Assembly (NCBI GenBank): GCA_013203145.1
Contig: JABMOV010000081.1
Location: 10,765-74,764 of the forward strand
Reading direction: 5' to 3'
From: Fidelibacterota bacterium
Lineage (GTDB): Bacteria; Fidelibacterota; Marinisomatia; Marinisomatales; JABMOV01
Length of the DNA stretch: 64,000 nt
The translations under genes were made by a program, and so were the position numbers. Shown here piece after piece: positions 41,308 to 51,646 of the stretch; positions within the stretch are counted from its first letter, which is position 1; each line of letters begins with the position of its first letter. The notes under the pieces were generated by a model. The model saw only the letters and a list, made by a program, of their open reading frames with translations. It made no database searches and had not been told where the DNA came from.

Positions 41308-41756
41308 TTGTACCTGCTCATCTCTCTATCTGTTTCTCTTTTAATATCACGTTCCTTAATAGCGGCTTTTTTATCATGGATTTTTTTGCCCTTTGCGAGA
41401 CCAATTTCAATTTTTGCCCAACTATCTTTGAAGTATATGGATAATGGAATTACTGTCAATCCTTTCTCAGCCAATTGTTGTTTAATCTTAAGGATTTCAT
41501 TTTTGTGGAGTAATAGTTTTCGGTCACGTAATGGTTCATGCCCTTTATATCCAGTATGAGAATAAGGATTGATATGGCACCCAATAAGAAATAATTCAGA
41601 CCCGCGAATTGTGGCATAAGCCTCTTTTAGGTTGGCATGCCCTTCACGAAGACTTTTAACCTCGCTTCCGGTTAATTCAACCCCAGCTTCCAGCTTATCC
41701 AGAATATGAAATTCATGATAGGCTTTGCGGTTTTTTGTAACGAACTGTTTTTCCAT
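41304..41756 (-). CDS. smpB: SsrA-binding protein
   Basis: NRKAYHEFHI...GSEVKSLR...LLLHK...typical SmpB. Start set at the ATG at 41756 (MEKQFVTKNRKA). Confidence 0.93.
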   Translation of the reverse strand: MEKQFVTKNRKAYHEFHILDKLEAGVELTGSEVKSLREGHANLKEAYATIRGSELFLIGCHINPYSHTGYKGHEPLRDRKLLLHKNEILKIKQQLAEKGLTVIPLSIYFKDSWAKIEIGLAKGKKIHDKKAAIKERDIKRETDREMSRYK

Positions 41757-41868
41757 GATAATCGAAGGCGGAAAAAATACGGACATCGTCGATGGTGGCA
41801 CAAGGTTAATCCTTGTGCACACAATAGGAATCCGTGTAAAATTCGCCGCTCTTTTTCAGAACATTATG

Positions 41869-41952
41869 CCCGGGTGGTGGAATTGGTAGACACGCATGAT
41901 TCAGGTTCATGTGGCTGCAAGGCTGTGCAGGTTCAAGTCCTGTTCCGGGCAC
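41869..41952 (+). tRNA. tRNA-Leu (anticodon CAG), class II with long variable arm
   Basis: Hand-folded cloverleaf: acceptor GCCCGGG/TCCGGGC, anticodon stem CATGA/TCATG, loop TTCAGGT, 15-nt variable arm, T-loop TTCAAGT, discriminator A. CCA not encoded. Confidence 0.9.
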
Positions 41953-41989
41953 ATTTAATATGGCAAATCTTCCACAATAATTTATAACC

Positions 41990-43093
41990 TTGAATATCCT
42001 TCTCCTTGAGCCCTATTTCACCGGATCCCATAAACAATGGGCAAATGGATTAAAACAGCACAGTCGCCATAATATTAAAATTCTTTCACTTGAGGGTAGA
42101 TTTTGGAAGTGGCGAATGCATGGTGGTGCAGTATCTTTAGCTAACCAATTTCTAAAAGAAGAAATTGATACTGATCTAATCTTAGCCACGGATATGTTAG
42201 ATCTCACCACATTTTTAACATTGACCCGTGCGAAGACTCATGATATACCCATTGTTTTTTATTTTCATGAAAACCAATTATCTTATCCTTGGTCCCCTAC
42301 AGATAGAGATGTACAGGCAAATCGTGACCAACATTATGGGTTTATCAACTATGCATCTGCTCTGGCTAGCGATAAAATTTGTTTTAATTCAAAATACCAT
42401 CAATCCTCATTTCTAAAAGAATTGAAAAACTATTTAGGGCAATTCCCTGATAATAGATTGACAAAGACAGTTCAGTCTATTGAAGCCAGGTCTTCAGTTT
42501 TGCCATTAGGATTAAATCTTCGTGCATTTGATCAGTATAAAACCGAAAATAGAAATTCGATCCCAACTATTTTATGGAATCATAGATGGGAATATGATAA
42601 AAACCCAGAATCATTTTTTAATGCACTATTTAGCCTGCACGATCAACAGGTAGATTTTCGTTTAATTGTTGTTGGTGAAAATTTTAGTCAATCCCCTGAT
42701 ATTTTTTTAAAAGCTAAAAAGATACTTAATAAGGAAATTATCCATTTTGGATATGCGGAATCGTTCGAAGAGTATGCTAGACTTTTATGGTCAGCAGATA
42801 TTTTACCTGTAACATCTATTCAGGATTTTTTTGGAATAAGTATAATGGAAGCGGTCTATTGCAATACCTTACCCATCTTACCAGAACGATTGACATATCC
42901 TGAATTGTTTACAGACCCATTATTCAAACCATGGTTTTATTCTACAGAAAATGAAATGATATATTTACTTAAAAATGCAATCTTGTCATTTCAAGATATA
43001 CGAAAAAATGATTACACTAGCGTAGCGAACAAATATGATTGGGCGAAAATGATTAACCCATACGATGAACTATTTGAATCGCTATTAAGCTAA
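41990..43093 (+). CDS. DUF3524-type GT4 glycosyltransferase, homologue of eukaryotic GTDC1/QTMAN
   Basis: MNILLLEPYFTGSHKQW, KWRMHG, YFHENQLSYPW and WNHRWEYDKNP match my recollection of the GTDC1 family N-domain. C-terminal GT4-like half. Confidence 0.75.
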   Translation: MNILLLEPYFTGSHKQWANGLKQHSRHNIKILSLEGRFWKWRMHGGAVSLANQFLKEEIDTDLILATDMLDLTTFLTLTRAKTHDIPIVFYFHENQLSYPWSPTDRDVQANRDQHYGFINYASALASDKICFNSKYHQSSFLKELKNYLGQFPDNRLTKTVQSIEARSSVLPLGLNLRAFDQYKTENRNSIPTILWNHRWEYDKNPESFFNALFSLHDQQVDFRLIVVGENFSQSPDIFLKAKKILNKEIIHFGYAESFEEYARLLWSADILPVTSIQDFFGISIMEAVYCNTLPILPERLTYPELFTDPLFKPWFYSTENEMIYLLKNAILSFQDIRKNDYTSVANKYDWAKMINPYDELFESLLS

Positions 43094-44317
43094 GTCTCTA
43101 AACTTATCAGGATCTTTTTTAATCGCTCCAGTTACTTTTTCGAAAGCACGGATTATATCATTTAAATCGTCGTCATTCCCTAACAAGTGATTTTGCTTTA
43201 GCCATACAATTTCATTATCTGAGATATTCTCAGTTACAGGCAAACTCAAAGATTGATAATCGTGATCTTTTAACCATGGATATTCGTCAGGATTGGTAAT
43301 GAATAGAGCTTCGCGATATAAAGGCGTATATCCTTTGTATGTAAAAACACCTTCAGCTTGCATCGCTTTAAAGAAATTATCACGATGTACATCGTTAAAT
43401 TTTGATGAATCATACTTTAACAAATATAAGTGATTTGATTCTCGTGTGGTTTCTGCATACCGACCGATTGGAGTTAATCCTTCAATCTGACTAATTTGTT
43501 CATCTAGTTTGTTTCGATTATTTTCCCGCAATACCATTTCACTTTCTAAATGCTTTAACTGTTCCAACAACATTACAGCACCAAAAGCGTTAAATCGAAA
43601 ATTTCCCCCCAGATGATTATGTTCATACCATTTACCTCCCATAACACGTCCGCAATTGTGATATGAAAAACACGCTTCCATAAATGCTTCATCGTTGGTA
43701 ACTATTGCCCCACCTTCACCTGCAGATAAATTTTTCGATGTTTGAAAACTGAATATTCCACCGAGACCAATTGCACCAACTTTAGTTCCATTCCACTCTG
43801 CGCCATGCGCTTGTGCAGCGTCTTCTATGACTACTAAATCATGTTTCTCCGCAATAGCTAATATATGTCCAAGATTCGCAGGATTTCCGCTTATATGAAC
43901 TGTCATAATTGCTTTTGTCTTAGGCGTAATTACGGATTCAATTTGGGATGCATCAATGTTCAACGTGTTAGCGTCAATATCTACAAAGACTGGAACAGCA
44001 TTTGCCATGAGGATTGCTGATGCTGTTGCAATAAAAGTATAAGCAGGTACAATGACTTCGTCACCGGCTTTTATTCCAGCGGCTTTTAAAGCAACCCAAA
44101 GTGCTGTTGTACCCGAATTAGTGGATATACAATATTTTGCATCCTGAGTTTCGGCGAAAGTCTCATTGAATTGTTTAATGAGTGGACTTCCAACTCCCCA
44201 CCGTCCTGATTCAACTACTTTCTGTAGAGCAGTCCCATAGTCATGATTTGTTTCTGGCCATGAGGAAAATGGCTTAGTTCTTACAGGATTTCCACCAAAT
44301 ATTGCTAAATCGTTCAT
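43085..44317 (-). CDS. DegT/DnrJ/EryC1/StrS-family sugar aminotransferase
   Basis: AYTFIATASA, DAAQAHG, FSFQTSKNLSAGEGG (PLP lysine). Confidence 0.9.
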   Translation of the reverse strand: MNDLAIFGGNPVRTKPFSSWPETNHDYGTALQKVVESGRWGVGSPLIKQFNETFAETQDAKYCISTNSGTTALWVALKAAGIKAGDEVIVPAYTFIATASAILMANAVPVFVDIDANTLNIDASQIESVITPKTKAIMTVHISGNPANLGHILAIAEKHDLVVIEDAAQAHGAEWNGTKVGAIGLGGIFSFQTSKNLSAGEGGAIVTNDEAFMEACFSYHNCGRVMGGKWYEHNHLGGNFRFNAFGAVMLLEQLKHLESEMVLRENNRNKLDEQISQIEGLTPIGRYAETTRESNHLYLLKYDSSKFNDVHRDNFFKAMQAEGVFTYKGYTPLYREALFITNPDEYPWLKDHDYQSLSLPVTENISDNEIVWLKQNHLLGNDDDLNDIIRAFEKVTGAIKKDPDKFRDLA

Positions 44318-44437
44318 AATATTTCCTTTTTATAAGATCAAAATTAGATAAGCACAACCATGCGAATGAATCAGAATTGTCTGATCTGCCTATATAGCAG
44401 CATGTAGTGCCATATTGGCAATAAATGATGCCGTTAC

Positions 44438-44453
44438 TGGCAATGTTCCTGCA
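44438..44453 (+). promoter_or_regulatory. candidate sigma-54 (-24/-12) promoter upstream of hsp20
   Basis: TGGCAATGTTCCTGCA has GG and GC at the canonical spacing of TGGCAC-N5-TTGCW. It lies 87 nt upstream of the ATG at 44540. Confidence 0.35.
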
Positions 44454-44539
44454 AATATTTCAAACCTCTGAAACTGGTATGATGATTGTTTTTTTAATAC
44501 CAGAAATGAATCAAAACAACCAAATGAAAGGAATTTAAA

Positions 44540-44983
44540 ATGACACAAGTAAAATGGAATCCAAGAAACAATATGATTTCAAATTTCAATGAATGGGATA
44601 GGTTTTTAACAGACTTTTTCGGCGATATGAATGTCCAGGCTCAAAACAGTTCAAACTGGAATCCGAATGTTGATATTCAAGAAACAAATGACGAATATAT
44701 TGTTACGGCTGATCTTCCAGGTTTAAAGAAAAAAGATATTAATATTAGCCTCAAAGAAAACACCCTCTCCATTAGCGGTGAACGTAATGTTGAATCAAAA
44801 GATGAAAAGAAAAACCATTACCGTATGGAGCGCGGATTTGGTCAATTCAACAGAAGTTTCAGATTACCTGATGAAATATTAGAAGATAAAATTTCTGCTA
44901 ACTTCAAAGATGGTGTCTTGACAGTAGAAATCCCAAAAGCTGAAGAAGTAAAACCGAAAGAAATTGAAATTAAAGTTCAGTAA
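44540..44983 (+). CDS. Hsp20/alpha-crystallin family small heat-shock protein
   Basis: VDIQETNDEYIVTADLPGLKKKDINISL...FGQFNRSFRLP...ANFKDGVLTVEIPK. Confidence 0.93.
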   Translation: MTQVKWNPRNNMISNFNEWDRFLTDFFGDMNVQAQNSSNWNPNVDIQETNDEYIVTADLPGLKKKDINISLKENTLSISGERNVESKDEKKNHYRMERGFGQFNRSFRLPDEILEDKISANFKDGVLTVEIPKAEEVKPKEIEIKVQ

Positions 44984-45007
44984 TCTTCCAAAACATGCTT
45001 GACAAAT

Positions 45008-45030
45008 AAAGGGGCTCATTGAGCCCCTTT
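45008..45030. terminator. bidirectional rho-independent terminator between convergent hsp20 and SDR genes
   Basis: AAAGGGGCTCATTGAGCCCCTTT: GC-rich stem GGGGCT/AGCCCC flanked by an A-run and a T-run. Confidence 0.6.
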
Positions 45031-45036
45031 ATAATT

Positions 45037-45777
45037 TTATACAACAACTCCACCATCAACATTGATTACTGCACCATTAATATAGGCTGCCTCATCGCTA
45101 GCCAAAAATGCATATACATTAGCTACGTCCACTGCTTCACCCCACCGCTTTAGGGGAACTTTTGCGCTCATCATTTCTATTATTTTTTCAGGAATTGTTG
45201 CTGTCATATCGGTTTTAATAAATCCAGGGGCAACAGAGTTAACTCTTATACCATCCTTGCCAAGTTCGCGAGCCCAAACTTTTGTCATACCAATCACACC
45301 TGACTTTGCCGCAACATAATTTGTTTGCCCATAATTTCCATAATGAGCCACAACTGAAGAAGCATTTAAAATGACCCCTGATTGTTGGTCACGCATAACG
45401 TCAGCGACGTACTTTGTGCATAAGAATACACCACGTAGATTTACATTCATTACTTTATCAAAGAGATCCGAGTCCAGTTTTTTCAACGTCTGATCCATTA
45501 ATATTCCAGCATTATTCACACAAATATCAATTCTACCATACATATCTACAACAGACTTAACCATGTCCTGTATTTGATCTTCTTGACTAACATCTACTTT
45601 AAGAAATTTAACTTCTCCCAAAGATGATAAATCTTCTGCAGTCTGATTACCCGACTGAGCATCAAAATCGGCTATTAATACTTTTGCTCCTTCTTCAAGA
45701 AACTTTTTGACGGTTGCTTTTCCTATTCCCTTACCACCGCCAGTAATAATCGCAACTTTATCTAATAGTCGATCCAT
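45037..45777 (-). CDS. SDR-family oxidoreductase, 3-oxoacyl-ACP reductase (FabG)-like
   Basis: [14 protein letters not shown]...[10 protein letters not shown] catalytic Y-x3-K. Confidence 0.85.
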   Translation of the reverse strand: MDRLLDKVAIITGGGKGIGKATVKKFLEEGAKVLIADFDAQSGNQTAEDLSSLGEVKFLKVDVSQEDQIQDMVKSVVDMYGRIDICVNNAGILMDQTLKKLDSDLFDKVMNVNLRGVFLCTKYVADVMRDQQSGVILNASSVVAHYGNYGQTNYVAAKSGVIGMTKVWARELGKDGIRVNSVAPGFIKTDMTATIPEKIIEMMSAKVPLKRWGEAVDVANVYAFLASDEAAYINGAVINVDGGVVV

Positions 45778-45818
45778 CGATATATCTCCAAATTATTTTA
45801 GCTAAAGTTACTGTAACT

Positions 45819-46802
45819 TTGCCTTTTCTGAGGATGAAAGAAACAATGAATTCCAATATTACAATACTTGATACAATTGGACATACACCAATTGTCAGAC
45901 TAAATCGGATTGGATCCGAGTTAAAGTGCAATTTATATGCTAAATGTGAATTTCTTAATGCTGGTGGATCATTAAAAGACAGAATTGGTGTACGAATGGT
46001 TGAAGAGGCCGAAAAAGAAGGCCGCATAAAGCCAGGTGATACACTTATTGAGCCAACATCTGGCAATACTGGTATTGGTTTAGCCCTTGCTGCTGCCGTC
46101 AAAGGGTATCGCTTGATCATCACAATGCCAGAAAAAATGAGCAAAGAAAAAGAAGTCATTCTTAAATCTTTGGGTGCGGAAATCGTACGAACTCCCACGG
46201 AAGCTGCATGGGATGCACCAGAAAGTCATATCGGAGTCGCCAACAAACTCCAACAGGAGATTCCGAATTCGCACATCTTAGATCAATACACTAATCCAGC
46301 TAACCCAGATGCTCATTATCATGGTACTGCGCAAGAGATTCTTGATACATTTGGCACAGATCTTCACATGATCGTCATCGCAGCAGGTACGGGAGGCACC
46401 ATCACTGGGGTTTCAAAACGATTAAAAAAAGAAATCCCAGGAATTAGAATTATTGGCGTCGATCCCTACGGTTCAATATTGGGTGGAGGAACTGAAGTTC
46501 ACTCCTATCTCGTGGAAGGAATTGGTTATGATTTCTTGCCTAAAGTTCTGGATAATAAACTGGTAGATGAATATGTAAAAGTAAACGATGCCGATTCTTT
46601 CAGAATTGCACGAAGGCTTATTCGTGAGGAAGGTCTCTTGGTAGGTGGCTCAAGTGGATCTTCTGTTTGGGCAATGCTACAAAAAGCAACAGAATTAGAA
46701 GAAGGACAAAACTGTTTGGTCATTTTACCCGACGGCATCCGCAACTACCTTACAAAATTTGTTGATGACGACTGGATGAATGAACATGGATTCCAGTTAT
46801 GA
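45819..46802 (+). CDS. PLP-dependent cysteine synthase / cystathionine beta-synthase-like enzyme (no CBS pair)
   Basis: [20 protein letters not shown] (PLP lysine), [26 protein letters not shown]. The true start may be the ATG at 45834 or 45846. Confidence 0.88.
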   Translation: MPFLRMKETMNSNITILDTIGHTPIVRLNRIGSELKCNLYAKCEFLNAGGSLKDRIGVRMVEEAEKEGRIKPGDTLIEPTSGNTGIGLALAAAVKGYRLIITMPEKMSKEKEVILKSLGAEIVRTPTEAAWDAPESHIGVANKLQQEIPNSHILDQYTNPANPDAHYHGTAQEILDTFGTDLHMIVIAAGTGGTITGVSKRLKKEIPGIRIIGVDPYGSILGGGTEVHSYLVEGIGYDFLPKVLDNKLVDEYVKVNDADSFRIARRLIREEGLLVGGSSGSSVWAMLQKATELEEGQNCLVILPDGIRNYLTKFVDDDWMNEHGFQL

Positions 46803-47314
46803 GATACAAAATACTCTCATTACTACTTTTCGTAATTATTTTTGCGCAATCTCCTGATTCACGCGGCTATATAGTAAATGTTGGTGATCCATCGCCTGAC
46901 TGGAGTTTAACATATCCTGACGGGTCAACAACTTCCCTGCTAGAATTGAATGGAAAAGTCATATTGCTACAATTTACTGCCAGTTGGTGTTCGGTTTGTC
47001 GAACAGAAATGCCACATTTAGAAAAAGAAGTCTGGTTACCACTCAAGGACAAAGGATTAATTGTAATTGGTGTTGATCGAGATGAGCCAAAAGAGCTCGT
47101 CGAAAAATTTGCTAAAGAGATGGGAATTACCTATCCATTGGCATTGGATCCTGGAGCTGAGATTTTTGCAAAATTTGCTGTCAAAGAATCAGGGGTCACG
47201 CGAAATGTAGTAATTGATCAAAATGGGAATATTGTATTTCTTACAAGACTATTTGATATGGAGGAGTTTCAAAGGATGAAATCAACAATAATAGAGTTGA
47301 TTGGAAATTATTAA
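46799..47314 (+). CDS. secreted TlpA/redoxin-like thiol-disulfide oxidoreductase
   Basis: Signal peptide. FTASWCSVC (CxxC). ATGA overlap with the upstream gene. Confidence 0.8.
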   Translation: MRYKILSLLLFVIIFAQSPDSRGYIVNVGDPSPDWSLTYPDGSTTSLLELNGKVILLQFTASWCSVCRTEMPHLEKEVWLPLKDKGLIVIGVDRDEPKELVEKFAKEMGITYPLALDPGAEIFAKFAVKESGVTRNVVIDQNGNIVFLTRLFDMEEFQRMKSTIIELIGNY

Positions 47315-47334
47315 TGAATGTTTTATAAAGAGAA

Positions 47335-47361
47335 TAAAGGTGATCGATCGTCAATCACCTT
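47335..47361. terminator. bidirectional terminator hairpin between convergent genes
   Basis: AAAGGTGAT-CGATCGTCA-ATCACCTTT: 9-bp stem, 9-nt loop, flanked by A/T runs. Confidence 0.5.
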
Positions 47362-47377
47362 TATCCAGATTTTCTTT

Positions 47378-49231
47378 TTAATTACCTAATATAATATCCA
47401 CAATTGCTAACACGTCAAAAATGTTGAGAACACCGTCAGAAACTACATCGGCGGTGTACATATCTAATTCATTGGGTTCGTCATACTCTAAGATAAAACG
47501 CAACACTCGAATAATATCAGTCACATCCACTCGTCCATCATGTGTGGCATCACCGGGTACATGATCGCCACCAGATGCGCGAACTGTGATTGAAATAGGT
47601 ACTGATGTGGAATCATTAGATGTTAAACGGGTCATTAGTGAAAAAGTATAATTAGTCGCACCTTGTAATGGTCCATTTGTATACGTTTCTACTCCTGGAG
47701 CAATGGATGTCATATAATTCCCATCCTTGGAGACTTCAACTACAAAATCAGTAATGGGATCCCCGCCAAATAATAATGTAGGATCATCCCAGTTTAGCGT
47801 AATATAGAATACTTGGTTTGTATCTGCTTCAAGATTGGTAATTGGATTTGGATCTAACGAATCCGATGCCATAAATCCCTGTACTAATAGTGCAGAATTA
47901 TAAATATTGAGACGTCCGCCTGAAACTGTTATACCATTTAGAGAAGTTAGTGGGTCAGTTCCGTCTAATATCAATTGCTTTAGTGCCAGGGCACCTTCTC
48001 CAGGATTATCTTTATAAAATTGTGCAAATCCATTACTCATTGCATTATGCATGAGTCCAACAGCGCCAGCAACGTGAGGTGTCGCCATGGATGTACCAGT
48101 CAATGTACCAGTATTATTATTCGGCAAAGTTGATAAAACTGAAGTTCCAGGTGCTCCAAGATCAACCATTGTTGGACCGTAAGCTGCTCCAGAATTTTTA
48201 ACATCACTACTTGTAGTATTTGTAACGGCGATTAACCAATCGCTATCGCAACCAGTGGGCACATCACCTTGTGTATCTACATTTGCGTTTATATTCATTG
48301 TTGCAGCAGCACTTAAAATTCCAGCTTCACCCATGGCATTATACATTTCATTCCACAATGGATATGATCCACTGGAACAATCACCAAAGTTGACACCAAA
48401 GCTACTATTAGTTGATACTACAAAGGCTCCGCTATCACCATTCGTTTCGTTGTAACGCATTCTTTGATCAAGAACATAGCCATATCCTTCGACAGCTATC
48501 GAAGTTTGAGATGTTGAAGCCATAACAGTCATTATTTTAACATTCCAGCTAACTCCAACTACTTGTGATCCATTATTCCCTTTTGCACCAACAGTACCGC
48601 TGACATGTGTCCCATGTTGATCGCTTGATATAGATCCATCAGAACTATATGCATCCCATCCATTATAATCATCGATATAGCCATTGTTATCATCGTCTAT
48701 GCCATTGGCTGGGATTTCATGGCGATTCGTCCAAATATTATCAACCAAGTCAGGATGATTCAAGTCACAGCCCCCATCTACAACCGCCACTACAATTGTG
48801 TCACCTAATGCAGTTAATCCACCTGTGGCAATATCCCACGCTTCAGGAGCATCAATATCTGCATCTTCTACTGCCCCATTTGATCCATTATTATGAAGGG
48901 CCCACATTTGACCAAATTGGGAATCATCTGGAAAGGTCTGACGTTGACTGGTATAATGATCTAACTGGGCATTTTTTACCCAAGGATTTGACCGAAATTC
49001 AGCCAGTGCATCATAATCAGATAACGTGCTATTCACAATCTTCAGTCTGTAAATACCAAGCCGTTTAACAAGAAGTTTATCTACTTTATAATTTTGCAAA
49101 TCTATCGTATTGACGAATTCGATATGTGATACATCAGGTTTCCTTTGTACAAGAATCTGATTAGGCACATGGTTTTTTGCGTTTAAAATTGTTGATAATA
49201 CGATAAGGATGTATATTAATCTGGTTTTCAT
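47378..49231 (-). CDS. secreted subtilisin-like serine protease (S8) with Ig/FN3-like domain and C-terminal dockerin-like module
   Basis: Asp-His-Ser catalytic triad: VAVVDGG, HGTHVSGT, GTSMATPHVAG. Terminal GDATHDGRVDVTDIIRVL...ADVVSDGVLNIFDVLAIVD. Confidence 0.9.
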   Translation of the reverse strand: MKTRLIYILIVLSTILNAKNHVPNQILVQRKPDVSHIEFVNTIDLQNYKVDKLLVKRLGIYRLKIVNSTLSDYDALAEFRSNPWVKNAQLDHYTSQRQTFPDDSQFGQMWALHNNGSNGAVEDADIDAPEAWDIATGGLTALGDTIVVAVVDGGCDLNHPDLVDNIWTNRHEIPANGIDDDNNGYIDDYNGWDAYSSDGSISSDQHGTHVSGTVGAKGNNGSQVVGVSWNVKIMTVMASTSQTSIAVEGYGYVLDQRMRYNETNGDSGAFVVSTNSSFGVNFGDCSSGSYPLWNEMYNAMGEAGILSAAATMNINANVDTQGDVPTGCDSDWLIAVTNTTSSDVKNSGAAYGPTMVDLGAPGTSVLSTLPNNNTGTLTGTSMATPHVAGAVGLMHNAMSNGFAQFYKDNPGEGALALKQLILDGTDPLTSLNGITVSGGRLNIYNSALLVQGFMASDSLDPNPITNLEADTNQVFYITLNWDDPTLLFGGDPITDFVVEVSKDGNYMTSIAPGVETYTNGPLQGATNYTFSLMTRLTSNDSTSVPISITVRASGGDHVPGDATHDGRVDVTDIIRVLRFILEYDEPNELDMYTADVVSDGVLNIFDVLAIVDIILGN

Positions 49232-49352
49232 GCTATTTAGAATGTCCTTTTAATGAGAGAGTTGGATAAAGAATTTATTAGAGATGACTTAATTATCAAG
49301 TGATTTATTTCAACCTTTTTGAATACAATGTAAATTTGAATGATAAAATTGA

Positions 49353-49736
49353 ATGGATGTAATCATGATCGACCATATTGGAATAAAAGTCAGCAATTTC
49401 AAAAAGAGTTTGATTTTTTTTAAAACTGCCCTGGCCCCGCTCGGATATGAAAGTAAAGCTGAGGGAGATAATTATGCCGGATTTGGATGTGAAAGTAATC
49501 CAGATCTGTGGATAGAAGAGTCAAATTCCCCAACTCAGACACTGCATATGGCATTTACCGGCGATAATCGAAGAACTGTTGATTTATTTTATCTCGCAGC
49601 ACTCAATGCTGGAGGAAAAGATAATGGTAAACCTGGATTACGACCCCATTATCATCCAGATTATTATGGAGCGTTTGTTTTTGACCCCGATGGCAATAAC
49701 ATTGAAGCAGTTTGCCATAAACCCGAAAAAGAATAA
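49353..49736 (+). CDS. VOC/glyoxalase-family protein
   Basis: IDHIGIKVSNFKKS...HMAFTG...YYGAFVFDPDGNNIEAV. The start may be the ATG at 49365. Confidence 0.8.
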   Translation: MDVIMIDHIGIKVSNFKKSLIFFKTALAPLGYESKAEGDNYAGFGCESNPDLWIEESNSPTQTLHMAFTGDNRRTVDLFYLAALNAGGKDNGKPGLRPHYHPDYYGAFVFDPDGNNIEAVCHKPEKE

Positions 49737-49747
49737 GAGGAAATTTC

Positions 49748-50524
49748 ATGTCCATTGTTAATCAAGAGATAATAGATGGGTGCGGTGTTATCACCATCAA
49801 TCGTGAAGATGCATTAAATGCAATAAATACAGATGTTATTTATGCCATGAAAAAAGAACTCCGTTTATTACATAAAAACAATCGCGTTGGTTCTATTATT
49901 ATCACAGGAACGGGAGAAAAAGCATTTATCGCCGGCGCCGATATCAAAGAAATGGAAGCGCTAAATTCCACCGAAGCAATGGAATTTGCAAAACGTGGGC
50001 AAGATATAACTCGCTTTATTGAAGAATATTCTAAACCTGTTATTGCAGCTATTAATGGTTTTGCGCTCGGAGGTGGATGCGAAATAGCATTGGCATGTCA
50101 TATAAGAATCGCTTCGACAAAAGCGATGTTTGGTCAACCTGAAGTCAAATTAGGTATAATACCAGGTTGGGGTGGTACGCAACGTCTTCCACGTTTAGTT
50201 GGAAAAGGATATGCAATAGAAATTATTACCACGGGTGCCCTTATCAATGCTCAAAAAGCACATCGAATAGGATTAGTGAATTATGTAGTTGAGCCAAACC
50301 AGTTAATGGAGAAAGCTATTGAGATTGGTAAACAAATCAATAGTGCAGGTCCCGTAGCAGTTAAATATTCCTTAGACGCCATTCGACGCGGGTCAGAATT
50401 ATCCCAAGTTGACGGATTACATAATGAGGCACAACTATTCGGGTTAACATTTAATACGCAAGATAAATCTGAAGGGCTAAAAGCCTTTATCGAAAAACGT
50501 GAGCCTAAATTTACAGGGAATTAG
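49748..50524 (+). CDS. enoyl-CoA hydratase (crotonase family)
   Basis: FIAGADIKEM, INGFALGGGCEIALACH, GQPEVKLGIIPGWGGTQRLPR. Confidence 0.92.
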   Translation: MSIVNQEIIDGCGVITINREDALNAINTDVIYAMKKELRLLHKNNRVGSIIITGTGEKAFIAGADIKEMEALNSTEAMEFAKRGQDITRFIEEYSKPVIAAINGFALGGGCEIALACHIRIASTKAMFGQPEVKLGIIPGWGGTQRLPRLVGKGYAIEIITTGALINAQKAHRIGLVNYVVEPNQLMEKAIEIGKQINSAGPVAVKYSLDAIRRGSELSQVDGLHNEAQLFGLTFNTQDKSEGLKAFIEKREPKFTGN

Positions 50525-50994
50525 ATAATTCTACGTTTTTTTTGAAAAAATTCCTGGAGTATACTTAAACATTGGTCTTCCATTATCCCACCTTTTACAG
50601 GGATAGGTTTGCCTAAACGTGAATCGGTGCACATATTGTATAGTGACCCACAGCATCCCTTTTCGTCATCATAGCAGCCAAAAATAACCATCCCAATGCG
50701 GGCATTAACAATTGCACCTGAGCACATGGAGCACGGTTCTTTGGTTACATATAATGTACACTCATTTAAACGCCAATCACCCAGAGTATTTGCTGCGGCT
50801 GTTATTGCTATCATTTCAGCATGTGCCGTGGGATCAAGTAATTGCTCCCGTTGATTGTATCCACGACCAATAATTTGCCCATCTCTTACAATTACAGCAC
50901 CAACGGGTATTTCATTGGACTCAAATGCTTTTTCTGCCTGACAAAATGCTTCCCGCATCCATCTGGCGTGATCAAATACTATGGGAATTTCCAT
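50521..50994 (-). CDS. tadA: tRNA adenosine(34) deaminase
   Basis: HAEMIAI and PCSMCSGA zinc motifs, 157 aa. Confidence 0.92.
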   Translation of the reverse strand: MEIPIVFDHARWMREAFCQAEKAFESNEIPVGAVIVRDGQIIGRGYNQREQLLDPTAHAEMIAITAAANTLGDWRLNECTLYVTKEPCSMCSGAIVNARIGMVIFGCYDDEKGCCGSLYNMCTDSRLGKPIPVKGGIMEDQCLSILQEFFQKKRRII

Positions 50995-50998
50995 GAAA

Positions 50999-51646
50999 TC
51001 AGGGTTGATTTAGTACGACTTGATAATCTTCTATCATTCCTGCTAATTCAACACGACCTGCAACAGTATTTATATTTGGCACAAAATTATTTCCTGCACC
51101 AGGGGTAAAAATATTTAGAATTAATTGCATTTGTTCAAGGCTATTAGCAAAGTCTCCAACGCCAAAATAGCTAGAGGCCATTGTAATATAAACATCCAAG
51201 TGTGAAATGGTTGTGTCATGGGAAAATGACCAGATTGTATTTTCATTCCAATTAAACGTTAAAGAATCACCCCACGCTATTGCTAAAGAGTCATCACCTT
51301 GTGCATTATAAGCGAAACATAGACCTGCAATGATTTCTTTATTGACATTAGCGACAATATTTTCATCCTGATCGTATGGTAAACCGGTTTCAAAGTATAG
51401 TATACTACTATCCAAATCCCTCATTTTACCAAATGACCACCCAATACCATTGTAGCCATCTTTATAGGTAGAATCTTCAAAAACACTCTCGATGAACCAT
51501 TGATTGCTCTCGGTATAATTACCATCATCGAATAAAGTCCAGCCGTAATTGGCTAAATCAATTTCCGTGGCACGATACTCTTTCCGACAAGAAAACAGAC
51601 CCAGACAAATGGCAAGAAAGAATAATGTTGTATATCGAATATTCAT
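50999..51646 (-). CDS. lipoprotein of unknown function, translationally coupled to the giant adhesin gene
   Basis: Lipobox GLFSC. Its start overlaps the adhesin stop by 4 nt. Weak TPR-like character. Confidence 0.55.
   Translation of the reverse strand: MNIRYTTLFFLAICLGLFSCRKEYRATEIDLANYGWTLFDDGNYTESNQWFIESVFEDSTYKDGYNGIGWSFGKMRDLDSSILYFETGLPYDQDENIVANVNKEIIAGLCFAYNAQGDDSLAIAWGDSLTFNWNENTIWSFSHDTTISHLDVYITMASSYFGVGDFANSLEQMQLILNIFTPGAGNNFVPNINTVAGRVELAGMIEDYQVVLNQP

Noticed and set aside
45758-46198. 146-aa minus-strand ORF overlapping the start of the cysteine synthase-like gene
   Set aside because: It is antisense to a strongly supported PLP-enzyme gene and has a low-complexity, Ile/Ser/Pro-rich translation with no recognisable motif. 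The same reasoning applies to other antisense or shadow ORFs in the track, for example 6948-7391, 7394-7639, 33706-34062, 37247-37612, 48649-49068 and 25041-25337.
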